Part shown: positions 50,391 through 63,127 of the stretch, in pieces
How the letters are laid out: each line of letters opens with the position of its first letter
Position numbering within the stretch: position 1 is the stretch's first letter
Assembly: GCA_051362555.1 (NCBI GenBank)
Contig: JBPQGU010000016.1
Coordinates: 1,674,001-1,738,000, forward strand
DNA length: 64,000 nucleotides
Source of the DNA: Lingula anatina
Lineage: Eukaryota > Animalia > Brachiopoda
Reading direction: 5' to 3'
The notes under the pieces: model-generated
What the model saw: the letters and a program-made list of their open reading frames with translations, nothing else
Database searches by the model: none
What the model was told of the DNA's origin: nothing
Position numbers and translations under genes: made by a program

Positions 50391-53300
50391 CTAATGATTG
50401 AGGAATCAAAGCAACCACAGGGCTACAACGTAAAGCGACAACAGAAGTGAAAGAGCATGAAAAACAGCTATCAAAGAAAAAGAGATAAGTGAATCAAGTA
50501 ATCTATTTTACAACATTCTTTACATATTTTAAAGTATTTTAACCAATTTTAGGATTTGTGAATTTTTTTCCTAGAGCTTTCGACCATTACCCATATATTC
50601 TTGGTCACTATGCCCCTAGTATTGACGACCCAATATTATGGCGGGGCGGGGGGGGGGGGGGGGGTACAGGATTCCTTCTATATTCCTAAAAGGAAATATA
50701 CATTTACCTTTTTCGTGTTCCGAGAAACGGAACCCTTCAAAAGATTTACACAACCTTGTGTCAATCATCTTCATTCCGCGGTAAGCGTAAACAGGCTCCA
50801 GGTCAGGACTTCGACCCCAAATCTGGATCGCTTCTTTCTCACACCACCCCTGCCTATCCTCTCCGTAGCAAATAACAGAGACCAGGGAGTTGTCATAGTC
50901 CGTGTATATAATCTTAAAATGGTTTTTGCCTGCAATGGAATGAGAAACTGGATTTAGGTCTGAAAAACGGCTAAGAGTAATATGCAAAATGAGAAACAGG
51001 GTCTATGTATAAAAAAGAATGATGGTTTTAATTCTTATACAGTTGTTCGTCTTAGTTAATGCTGCCAGAAATAAAGGCTACTAAAATTTGTTTCGAAATC
51101 ATTTTATAACCTAATATCATAGATGTCCCTTTTGAGTGGGGGAAATAAATGCATAAATTATCTTTGTTGACGAATAAAGAATAACTCACTCTCTGGTGGA
51201 CCAAAGGCGTATACCCCAGACTGCCCTGTGGGTTGTAGGCTAGAGAGCTCATTGATAACTATACACGCTTGTCCGTCTTTCCTAAAATGAAAGGAGCATA
51301 TGCTTTCCTTTTTGGATATTCTTTGTCAAGCATACAATACATTGTAATTCTGCACTGCAACCTTTTTTGTAGAATGAAGATGATCACGACTTTGTTTTAT
51401 AACCATGAGAAAAGGTATCTGCAATATTATTTAAACATTAAACTATAACGCCATGCAAAAAAATAGAGGAGAGAACTACGCTTGGCGCTGCGCTTATCAT
51501 TCAAGCGGGGAAAAAGGAAACGCGTTTATGGTATAGATACAGTACGAGGCGCTGAGCTTTACGAGGAATAGTGCAGGTAATTGGCGAGGCGAAGCCGAGA
51601 CAATTATCTGTTCTATTTCTCGTAAAGCTCAGCGCCGAGTGCTTTATCTGGTTTAAAGCACGAGTAATTAACCCTGTGCATTGGTGCGTGGAACCATTCG
51701 TGGATGACGTGACTTTACACGAAATAAAGCACGGCGCGACCTATTGTTTTTTGACAGGAGAGTGCTTTAAGTATTCCTCAACAGCAGACTGGGATAGCTT
51801 CTTTGTATGTACCCCTGTATTTATCTGTCTTTATCAAACTGCTCCAAAGTAAAAATTATATGCTCAGAAACTTTTAATCTGACCATGGATAAAATTAGGG
51901 AATTTTGTCCGTGATCTGATACAACATTTAACTCACTTGTTTGCAGAGTAAACATTTTAATTTTTTATAACAGAATGAAATGGGGAGGGGATACCTTTAG
52001 TTTTGGCGTCAGTAAATGGCCAAGGGCTTATTTATTCATTTTGAGTGGCATAAGTAGGGAAATTTCACCCAACCACGTGTGTTGGCTGTAATGTTAGGAG
52101 ATATCTGCTAGCGTGTTCTTATCAATACACAAAACTCGTCTAATTTTATGTAGAAATAAATACATTGGAAGCAACACATTATACTGGTGCCTTTTAATTG
52201 TATAATAACAGTTGGGACACATCGTTTCATTATGCTTAAGGTGTTGTTATACATTATTGTACAATACAGTACGTATCGTTCGCTGAAATGATCAGGGCTG
52301 CAATGCATGTTATCTTTTGAAAACGTTTTGTTTGAATGATAAGGGCTTCATTTACACTTTACTGAAATCAGGCCTACCTAACTTCCAGACTCGGCACCGA
52401 ATGATCCCGAATTCACCGTTAGATCGGACCACAATACCCGTTTTCAAGGTGTGTGTCAGTACGTATTTCACACCATCATACCCCGGAACAAATTTTTGGA
52501 TGAGATGCACTACTTTCCAACCACGCAGAGAGATATAGGCAAGAGCAGTGTCGCGTCTGATACTTCGAAAAGCATACTGACGCACACCTTGAAAACGGGT
52601 AGTGCGGTCCGATATACCTGTGAATTCAGGATCATTCGGTGCCGAGTCTGGTAGTTGGGTAGGACTAGAAATGTTGTACGTACGGCAACGCTTCCACAAG
52701 GATTGACAAAGTTCCATTTTCGCCCGCTGTTACGTAGGGAGCGTATTCCGTTAAAAGATGGTCATCCGGCACCATGGGATGGCGTCGCCATAGGTAACCG
52801 TACCAGATGCCTGTCATCTAGAAATGAAATATATATTATACCCGGATATCCGTGCTTTGGTCAACGCTTACAGTAATGTATGTCGGTGTATCGGTGGCAG
52901 GCAAAATTTGTATTTTTAGCTGTGGTATTCAAACTAATCTTTAAAATTGGGTTAAATTTTATGGTCGCCGTTGTAATTTGCGAACAATCAAGATACGTAG
53001 AAAAATATATTTATCTATTTTGGACAATAACAACGCATTTATTTTGTTGGTGCGGCACGTTTTGTCCAAATTTGAAAGATAGAAAGGCAGGAATTTATTG
53101 GAAAAACAACCGCCACATTTGCACTAAAAGCTCATACAAGCAGTAGAATATGGACGTAATTGAAATCTGAATAGCTGCAGTGCAATTGAAACGTTTGCCA
53201 GAAAAGTTCAGATATAACTGAAAATCTCAAGGATGTCTTGGAAAACAAGATAAACTTCAGTGGACTAAATACCATGCACTTAAATGACATGCACAAATGC

Positions 53301-53491
53301 AGATTGCTAATTTGATACTTATTTTTAAATCACAAGATAGGAAAATTCATTTCCAGTAGCCTCAAAATAAATAAGATACAACTAAAATTTACTTTTTAAC
53401 GTTACAACATTTATACAATGCCAGACGTATTGGGTTGAAAAATGCATAAAATACATAGGAAACAGAATTACAAAACACCAAAGTGTGCCAA

Positions 53492-53522
<31 letters not shown>

Positions 53523-53996
53523 AAATCGTACTGGGTTCCTGCCTTTTTACTAAACAAAACCTAAAAAGTAATGATGATTGTTAGCGAACTCAAACTAAAG
53601 CTTTATTTATTACCGGTAAAGCTCCTTATTAGTTTGAATACAAACGAAAGTACGGTTATGGAGTTTTTGTGATATAAAGACACAAACAATAACTCATTCT
53701 GTGGAAAAAATTAGAAATAAGTCGCTCGACAAAATAGAATTAATTCAATTATTGAATACCATTAAATATGGAATTTAAGGACACACTACCTTTCATGAAT
53801 GAATGAACAAGAACACTGTGATTAAACATGGAATTCATCCCTTGGTCAGGCCATCTGCCTTTAACTATCTGCTCACCTTTTCCGGTTCCATATTCTGCAT
53901 TCCACGAGGATTGCAATGTTTCACTTCACCTTCACGGACACTCTGACAAGAAACTACACAAAAAACGAGGAAAACGAAGAACAGAAGACCAGTCAT
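49865..53996 (-). CDS. Secreted lipocalin, RBP4/purpurin-like (copy 4, divergent, 203 aa)
   Basis: Exons 53996-53877 (MTGLLFFVFLVFCVVSCQSVREGEVKHCNPRGMQNMEPEK), 52817-52684 (MTGIWYG...), 51281-51190, 50929-50708 (IIYTDYDNS...QIWGR) and 49908-49865 (ACHLREEETRMGGG*). Confidence 0.87.
51545..51665. mobile_element. Crypton-like non-autonomous element fragment
   Basis: Inverted repeat gcgctgagctttacgag / ctcgtaaagctcagcgc around a gcgaggcgaagccgag core, a motif typical of CryptonV-type repeats. Confidence 0.5.
52377..52659. mobile_element. MITE with ~90-bp TIRs (CACTA/EnSpm-like ends)
   Basis: TA|cctaacttccagactcggcaccgaatgatcc ... ggatcattcggtgccgagtctggtagttggg|TA. Confidence 0.75.
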
Positions 53997-54342
53997 GGTT
54001 ATTCCACAATCGTCAACGGTTTAAATAGTCTAGTGTTGCGTTAAAACCATAGCAGTCATATACCTGCAGACGAACCAAACTATCAAATTCTGTCAGTGCA
54101 TACTGGTATCTGCTTATGCACAAACATATGAAAAACATAGAGGCTGATCTAAGCTGCAACAAAACACAATTATTGAAAAGAAAACGTTTGTAATTTCTTT
54201 TTCAAATCTGCTAAAAAGCGTGTATTATCGGCGTAGACTGTCTACATCGTTCCCAGTGGTCTCTGATATAGAGAACACGTGTATGCGATGGGCATATGGT
54301 TTTGCAGTATATTATATGCATACATATACACATTATACACAG

Positions 54343-55640
54343 AGATGTTCAAGGCTCTTGCAAAAGAAGGTACTGGCATGATTTGGAATCTAGTCAGTGA
54401 AATATATGAGACTGGAAATTTTCCGAAGGACATGCTCAAATCCATCTTCATCACCCTACCAAAAGCCCCGGGGACACTTGATTGCTCAAGTCATCGCACA
54501 ATAAGCCTGATGTCCCACTTTCTCAAAATCCTATTGAAAACCATCTTACAAAGAATTTAACGCAAAATTCTGCCAGAAATTCCACCCTACCAGTTTGGTT
54601 TCATGAAAGACAGAGACACCAGAAATGCCATATTTCTCAGAATGCTCAGCAAGAGAACCCTACTACATCAACAAGACATGTACATGGTTTCCATCGACAA
54701 TCAAAAAGCATTTGACAAGATCCGACATGAGGAGCTCTTCAGAATGCTTCCAAAAATTCAAATAGGTGACAAAGATATGCGGGTTATGAGATCAGTCTAC
54801 TGCGATCAACTTGCAGCAGTCCGCCTTCCTCAACTGGTTCCCCATCAAAAGAGGATTGCGTCAGGGCTGTGTCATGTCCCCAGACCTTTTAAACTTATAA
54901 TCCGAAATGATCTTGAGAGATCTGGAGGATCGTCCGGAAGGAGTCACAGTCAATGGTGTCAGGATAAACAATCTCCGCTATGCCGATGATACAGTTATTT
55001 TAGATACATTCAGTGAGGATCTCCAAAATCTTTTCGATGCTGCCGTTGCCTCCAGAGCAAAGCTTGGACTACATGTCAACAGCAAGAAAACAAAAACCAT
55101 GGTGGTTTCAAAATCAGAGGTCACACCACTTTGCAGGTTGCTTTAGTGGAACACTCCCATCGACCAGGTCTCCTCATTCAACTATCTTGGGGTCCGTGTG
55201 ACACCCAACGCCTGTTGCAAGAGAGAAATCCAAAGAAGAATTGGTCAAGCGACAAAATACATTCACCCCCCTCGGCCCAATCTTCAAGGATCATAGGCTC
55301 TCCTTACAGATAAAGATCCGCCTCCTTAAAACCCATGTTTGTTTACTCTTCTGTATGGCTGTGAGTTTTGGACTTTGACAGCAGAAACTCAACCTAACGT
55401 TGAAGCAGCTGAATTGTGGTTCTACAGGCGAATGCTCCGAATCTCCTACATTGATCATGTTACAAAAGAAGAGGTCCTTAAACTGATTGACCAAAAAAGA
55501 CAGCTTCTCAACACTGTCAGAGAAAGACAACTGAAGTTTGGGACATTGCATCAGAAAAGAGTGATTAGAAGATTTTAGCCTTAGCGGTAGAATACCTGGC
55601 AAAAGTGCCTGAGGCAGACAACGAAAGTCCTTACCTTAGC
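54343..55640 (+). mobile_element. 5'-truncated, decayed RTE-clade LINE (reverse transcriptase)
   Basis: Frame-broken RT motifs: EIYETGNFPKD..KSIFITLPK, HRTISLMSHFLKIL, QKAFDKIRH, LRQGCVMSPDLF, NNLRYADDTVIL, LLYGCEFWTL..EAAELWFYRRMLRISY. Confidence 0.92.
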
Positions 55641-56399
55641 CACGTTCTTACCTCATGTTTAACTATGTTCAAAATGGCATCGTTCTCTTTCCCGACTTGT
55701 TATCTCCATTCTCTGGTCACCACCCAGACCCCTTCTCCAACTACTCTCCTAAAGTCATGGCTGGATCGACCCAACTCTATGAGAGATTTTCCTTATATGC
55801 AATAATTGTAATTGGTTTAAATGTCTGACACGTCTCTAGTTGCTGGGGGTATATTAATTATCTGTAGCTGCTCGGGGAGGTACGTCAGACAATAAATCAG
55901 AATACACTGAATCCACTTTAGCGAGAACTCCCCGCAGAGTTGGATAGATCCTGTTGGTGTGATGTTTGAATCTGAACACAGTCCAAAACTCTCAGTGTCC
56001 CCTGAACAATGGTAACACAGGATCATAGGATGAGAAAAATGTTAGAATCGCTGCGTTGAAGGCCTACGTGTACGTGCATCTAGGGTAATTATCTGTGCAG
56101 ACTGTTTTACTCTATCAAACGATAATTGACGGAAAACTGATACACTTCTGATGGCCTGGGAGCATGAAAAATACCAACTTTTCCTTACCGCCCCCCCCCC
56201 CCCCAAAAAAAAGAGAAAATGAATACAAAATGAATAAATAAAAGCCTAGATATAAATACAATCTATATGAAGGAGGAGAGGGAGGTATTGCCCCCTCTGA
56301 ACCACTGTCCCCTACAGCCTAACGCAATTTGCCATTTCTTCTTTCTTTAGAGCCGACTTCAGTGTTTTCAACGTCCTCTGCAAGTCAGGGTGTTACTGG

Positions 56400-59096
56400 A
56401 AATAGTATACATATAGACAAATGGAGATTCATTTCACAATAGAAAACTTTTCAGGCAATAAAGGCATGCACAACTGTTTTTCCCCTTGTTAAATCAATGT
56501 TAAATCCTCGTTAAAATATGTTTCCAATTCAATATGCATAATTACCTCATTCTCGACATTTATGAATCGGGGAACGTGCTTCATGACAACAAATCCTAAA
56601 TAGGCTTGCTTCTGTATTTCCAGTCCATCATTCTCACACTGTTGCAATGAATGGAATCAAATCAAATCGCTCACTTTGTTAGATGAGACTTCACTTGTGC
56701 TAAATGCTTTAGATGAGACAATCGGGTATTCCTGGTTTACAAATTGTAAATTATGCTTCCAAAGAGATATTCAGACAAACAATGATAATAAATGCACTTC
56801 AAAGCACAACTTCTTAACATTACAAAGTTGTCACCCACAATCTTTAAAATCATATCACTCAAAGAGCTAACTCTAGCATTTCTTTCAAGAAAAGAAATTA
56901 TATCACTGAAAATGTATTCACAATTTACAAGAGCACAACCATTCCAAATAGTATATAGATATATTTAAATATAGTTGTGCCTTCAATGACATCTGCACGC
57001 TGTGTTTCACTGTGCTGTGCTTCTTATTGTTGAGCACCAGTGCCTGACGCATTCTCCCATAAAAGCTTGAAGATGAGAGATGCAATGAGGGCTAGATCAA
57101 GTTATTGCTGGGTCCTCATTGCCCTAGCCAGAGCCTTCCCTGGAAATCATGTGACTTACTGTATTGGCAGCAAATATGGTTTCAAGAAGCTGTCACAGTC
57201 CTGCTCCTGTCATGAACTGACATATGCACCAAAGGTAGCTCATCTCTTTGTGGAAGCCATCAAGCCTTGCAACTGGAGATGGTAGTATATTGGATTCTGG
57301 TTCACTTTCAACAGTAGTATGGTCCTTCCACCACAGTGGTTGATCACAGGTTATTACTGGGGGTGGCCCTGTAATGTTGAACACGTGAACACATTAAATT
57401 CAATGTGGAGAAGATGCATGAGAATTCTGTAGAGCCATATCTACCAGAGGAAGAAACATGACAGATGCCTTTTCTGGGTGATTCCCTCTAGTCACCACTT
57501 GCCCATGTAAAAATCCCATAGTGGTTTGGGCTGTGGCTGGAAAGCAGGTAAGGACAGTTTCCACAATAAGTTGGTTTTCTGGTAGGTTCCGATTCCTAGA
57601 TATTTGGGTTTTCCATGTTGGTGAATGTGGTAACAAATACTCCGGGATTCTGTCCCTTGTGTGGCCCTGGAGTCCTTCTCATATCTTACTATTAGGAGTA
57701 GGAGCAACAGAATCCATGCAATTAGTTTCCAAAATGTTTATGCAGTTCTTCACTAAAACCTATTTGTTCGGACCAGCAGTACATTTGGCCTAGCTAATTA
57801 TATGATTGCTTGTCCAATTGATGCAAATTCCAGTCCGCCTAAAAAAAAAGACTGACATTGTGTTTGGTGCTACTGTTGACTGTACACCTGTACAACTTTT
57901 TAAAAATAAATTACAAAACTTACTGTTAATACCTCCATTATTTATTCATCAATATTATTTATAAAGAGGGTAAAACAACATTCTTGAGTTGAATATTACT
58001 GAAGATTTACTGTTTGGATTTTTTTATTTATGAAGCCTTATGAATACTCTTGCTGACGACCATATTGGAAAATGCTTTGAACAGGTACATAGATGGGCAT
58101 AATAAATAATACAAAAAATATTATTTTCCATATATAATTGATTTATGGTATTAGCAAATAAATATTTGTTCCCAGAATGATGAGAAGTTCTGTCCTGTCC
58201 ACTTATTCAGAATCCTTATTTGTCACACTATGACTCACATTTCTCCAAGAGAGCTATATTTCGCAGCCAAACCTCACAGAGTTGTTGCGAATGATATAAT
58301 GATTATAGTTAACACTAAAAAAATCCATTGCATATCTTTAAAAACATAATTTGCAATTTTAGGCAACGTTTTAGGGGAAAATCGGTACAAATGGCATTTG
58401 CCTGACCTTTCACTTTGGTAAATAATTCCTATTAAATAAGGTTTTCCTTTCAGTGAAAATGTCCTTTTAATTCAACTTTATTTTATTTCTTTACTTTTGC
58501 GTATCTTTTTAGGTTTTAACTTCATTTATTTTAGCAAAATACTACCTAAATTGAACGACACCATTTACTTACAGTGACACAATATAATGGTGGCCATCTT
58601 GGAAAAAAGCTGCCTTAAAAACCTTTTTCCACCACTTAGATTTTTCTAGATTTTAAATATATTTAAATTTGGATATTTAGCTTTCTCATATACCTCATAA
58701 CACTTTTTTGGCACTAAGTCCCTACTGATAAAAAACTGTTTATAAAATTAAGTCTTATAAAACCTTATGAATACTCTTCCTGGCGGTCAACATTTCAGGT
58801 AAAAATCTGTGTAAATGACCTTTACCTGACCTTTGTCCCAAAGCCAAAGACCTTTGATGAAAAATTCATATTAAATAAGTTTTTATTTTCTTTTCGACAA
58901 AGTGTTCTTTGTCTGTAAGACCGGATATATTCCAAGGTCTTAATCTCGTTTATTCCAGAAAAAATACTCCCAAAATATAAAGACCCCCTTTACCTAAAGT
59001 GACATAATATATTGACGGTCCTCTTTGCCTTACAAACCACTACCTACAATCTAACATGTTAAAATTTGGATATTTAGCTTTCTAAAAACGTCATTA

Positions 59097-59138
<42 letters not shown>

Positions 59139-59185
59139 AATTAGTCCTGGGTTAGACCAAATTTTGTGCTCAGTCTACTAGTCTA
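56400..59185 (-). mobile_element. Decayed DNA transposon, probably Academ(X)-like
   Basis: Minus-strand remnant PVITCDQPLWWK...RLDGFHKEMSYL..I..FMTGAGL*QLLETIFAANTVSHM..GKALARA (57100-57370) matches the widespread FDQPLxxKA/LGGFH transposase motif. Candidate terminus TAGACTAGTAGACT on the minus strand at 59185, with diverged subterminal duplications at 58380-59100. Left boundary and superfamily are uncertain. Confidence 0.55.
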
Positions 59186-59565
59186 ACATTACTTTAAAAC
59201 TTCTAGGCAGAATTTACAAATGTTGACAACCTTCACATTCATATATTCAACCAATTAAAAAAATTAAACTGACGGACTGAATGTCTAGACATATGAGGTT
59301 TTTTCTATGAAAGCGTCTCATACATCTTTTATTGAAATCCCATATTATAATACTGGTACCAACAACTTTCAATTCAGAGACTACTTTGATCTATTTTATA
59401 CGGGAATGCAATGCAGAATGAATGGAGAATCGTGTTGAATAATTGAAATACATTCATAGGGGTAAAAAGTGTGAAAATTAGAAATTACGATGAACAGCTT
59501 ATAAAACTTAATTCGTTTTCGTAGATCATAGGACTACTTGTATCAAATGAAACCAGTGCAATTGA

Positions 59566-59606
<41 letters not shown>

Positions 59607-61386
59607 GCAGTACCCAAGATATATGTTCTTATACCGGTAGTCTTGAAAAGTTTATACACTTATAGCCTTTTATTTGAAAACGTATTACTAAAAAAAGATC
59701 CATTTCGTCTGTCAATTTTGATTATAAAACTATCGTCAATATGAATTCGCCTTTCACTGTACAATTCTCTCTCGTTTTTATCAAAATTATTTAGAACTTA
59801 ATTTACAGTGTTCAAGGCGTGTAAAAACAGACCATACAGACCTGTGGCCGCTATATGTGTCTCTTGGAGACAAATTGTATTTGTTTTCCTTCATAGATGC
59901 TAGTATATACGAAGGTTATCAAACGGTACGGTTTAGAACTATGATTCAGCTGACCTAAATTGTAATTTTAAGAGGGACCACTGGTGTGATTTTTTCAGAA
60001 ATTGAAGAGGGAAGGTTAGGACCCCCCCCGACACACCCTAAATAGGTGACTGCGTGATATTACCTATTATATTATGTAGTTTTAAGTATTTTACTAAATC
60101 ATTTTTTTTTCACTTTTCATGTAATTTAATACCATTCGTGTGCAAGTTTATGTGAGCAACCACTCAGACATTATATTTATATTTCAGATACTGTGAAGTG
60201 CATGTAGAATTCCTGATAGACCACTTTGTTTAAAAGGTTATTCTTTTAAGGCTCATGCAAGCTCGTGTGTCCCTTTTTTTTTTTTTTTTTTTTTTTTTTT
60301 GTAGGGGGGGGGGTGTTCACAGTTCACAATTCCCAGCAATAAAAACTCAATTAGTATCTCATTGAAAATGTAAGTCTGGGTATAACAACAATGCCTTCGT
60401 CTGAATAATGACGAAGAATAAAAGGCCGCATTTACGAGTCGGGGCAGGGGAATGGGGGGCTTCAACGCTCACGCTGTGAACGTTTCACCTATTTCGGAAA
60501 ATAAATCAGTGGCTTTCACGGGTAACTATAATACCCAATACCTTTAACACAATTATTCCCAACTCCAGATGGACCAGGCTGATATTTAAATTCATCACAA
60601 TATTTTAATGGCAGTTTTTTTTCCTACACCACCTTAAGCGAGGCTCACACTTGATGAACTTTTGACATATAAAAAAATAATAAAACCTGGCCATTAATAT
60701 GCTTTACCTGTTTGGTTTCTTTGCTTAATCAAGAAGTTCTACTCTACAACTTCTTGGTTTAACTCATGCATTGACTTTGTGGAATATCCCGGTGCTTGAA
60801 AATTGGTGCTTATTTTAGAATAACACTTGCTGGGTCTTGGAATCGAGTTATTTATTTTTTTATTTATTTATCTTTTTAATTTTTTTTAATTTCACCAATC
60901 TAAATGCCATAAAATATCTATTCAGTCATAAAAGGCTGTTTGGGCATATGCATAAAGCACCCTTTCTGTGATAATTGAGAGAGATTATAAAAAGCAAGAG
61001 AGAGTAGTTTGCTGCTTTTTGAAGGGGACAAACAGTCAATGAAAAAGGACCACGTTTGGATACTGTGTGGTAAGGGAGGTGGAACCTGGCGGAGATAAAG
61101 GTCGCCGATGTGCCCATATCGTTTCTCGATCAAAAAAAAAAAAATCCTAGAAATACATGCAAGATTGCGTGTCAAAACCCAGTAAACAATAATTATAATA
61201 AGTAAATGAAACACAAAGACACTTGTTGCTATGCTATATGAATTTCATATAAACAGCAATATTATTTTACATGATTTCAAAGAATTTCGAAAGTTAACTT
61301 CTTGAGAAAGATCGATTCCCAATGATTTTCCAAATGTCAAATAAGGATGTAAAAAGTGCTGCCCTTTTCATCCTCGTATATCAGAG

Positions 61387-61542
61387 CTACTGCAGATCAG
61401 GATCGAACTCCTGTCGGTCAATGTTGTCGTCACCATTGGCGTCTTCGTCGTCAAACACTGCATCCTTCTCGGCCCTTTTCCCGCGCGTGCAAGTACAGGT
61501 AACGTGGTATTTTTCCCCAAGAATCACCGACTCGTTTTAACA
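61387..61542 (-). pseudogene. Putative terminal exon of a Cys-peptide / GKR / EF-hand precursor (in-frame stop at codon 2 if the obvious acceptor is used)
   Basis: After ttatttgttcag the frame reads C*NESVILGEKYHVTCTCTRGKRAEKDAVFDDEDANGDDNIDRQEFDPDLQ*. DANGDDNIDRQE is a canonical 12-residue EF-hand loop. No convincing upstream exons were found. Confidence 0.45.
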
Positions 61543-61650
61543 CTGAACAAATAATGTAAGCATGTTCTTGAATTCTTGTGAACATATACTTTTTCAGATA
61601 TCTACCATATACCAGCTCAGCGATGACCTTATTACTTATTTCGATTCTTT

Positions 61651-61893
61651 GACTGGGTTACATGCCTAGATCAATCCATCTGGATCGATCTACTTGATCT
61701 CCCTGGATAGTCTCACTAAATTGCTTTCAAATAACTGGCTTGAATGTCTGCCACGGCTACCGAATCAGCTAGGGGGTAAAGACAATTACCCCCTTACATC
61801 TTTATTAGATGTGACAGACATTTAACCCGATCAAGTTGACAGCAATTTAGTGAGACTCCCCAGGAGTCCTAATATCTGTGGGAATGGTCCCTT
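61651..61893 (-). mobile_element. Harbinger-like MITE (same family as 11613-11862)
   Basis: Reverse-complement similarity across its length. Confidence 0.65.
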
Positions 61894-61944
61894 TGTCATT
61901 ATTTTCAATTTTGCAATTCGTTATTTTTCTCAATCATTATTTCA

Positions 61945-61994
<50 letters not shown>

Positions 61995-62957
61995 GCAAAA
62001 AAAGGAATGTGTACAGGAAAGCCAGAGTAATACTCGTGAATACCTAGTGAAAATTATCACAGGACCCCGGTAGATGGTATGATTGATAGGGAGACCTCTA
62101 AAATATAATACGTCCACCACTGGGGTTCTTGGATATAGATGGTTTCCGTGTACACCACTGCTTTTCAAATTGGCCAGATGATATGCAAAACATGCATCTA
62201 ATGCGCAGTTCACACTAGCAGTATGGTTAACGAAGTTCAACAATATGTCACCCTTTTAAACTTCAATAACTACATAAGTAAACTCTCTTTATATTGTTGC
62301 GGCGCATTTTTAAAATTCCATTTCAAGTCTTAAACTGTTATATGCATTATGGAATGTTCACCAAAGTAGAAAACACCAATTCCTACGTTTTATTTCTGAA
62401 TAATAACTCCATACTTTATGAATGCCTGTGGTGCAGGCTCCTCGAGTCTTTGAGTACGACGTCACGCGCAATCCATCTTAGCATCTATTTACGGCCAAGC
62501 TGAAAAGGGAACCTTTGGAGCAGATGATCCACAGACCAAGAGCGCTTACATGTGGACCAACCCGCGGATTAAATCTCGACTCCACAATTTTAATTGGGTT
62601 GACCTTATTCAGTCCGCGGATCAGTAAACCCGCAGATAATATGTTCTGAACGCGCTCTAACGCCGACAAAATATGGCCGACCCCACTTAAAAGCAAGCCC
62701 CGATGCTTCCCCGTCTTTACATGCACACGCGCCATTAAACGGATTTGGCTCCGAGATAGAGAGAACCTATCTACCCTCTGTTCTGAATACGCACTATCTA
62801 TCTACGAGAGAGAGAGAGAGAGGGAGAGAGAGAGAGAGAGAGGGCCCGTTCAAAATAGGGGACTATATTTAGTCCAAAGTCAAATATGATCGCCCCAGTT
62901 GAATAGTGTACTTTCCCACGGGATATCTATTTATTGTCTATGGGGTCCTGCACAATA

Positions 62958-63127
62958 CAGGGGCGGATCCAAAAATATTTTCTGACAGTCTTCCATCTTT
63001 GTTGACACATTCTCTTTTTTTTACCGTCTTCCGACAGAAAAAGAATACATGTAGATACTCGTCAATGTTAACTTGAAAATCTGACCGTCTTCCGGAAGAC
63101 CCAGAAGACGGCCTCAATCCGCCCCTG
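62958..63127. mobile_element. hAT-like MITE
   Basis: TIRs caggggcggat / atccgcccctg; caata present on both flanks. Confidence 0.65.

Noticed and set aside
61905-62500. Possible upstream exons for the EF-hand exon (62098-62044 and ~62499-62414)
   Set aside because: Splice-like boundaries exist, but no phase combination gives an open precursor with a signal peptide.
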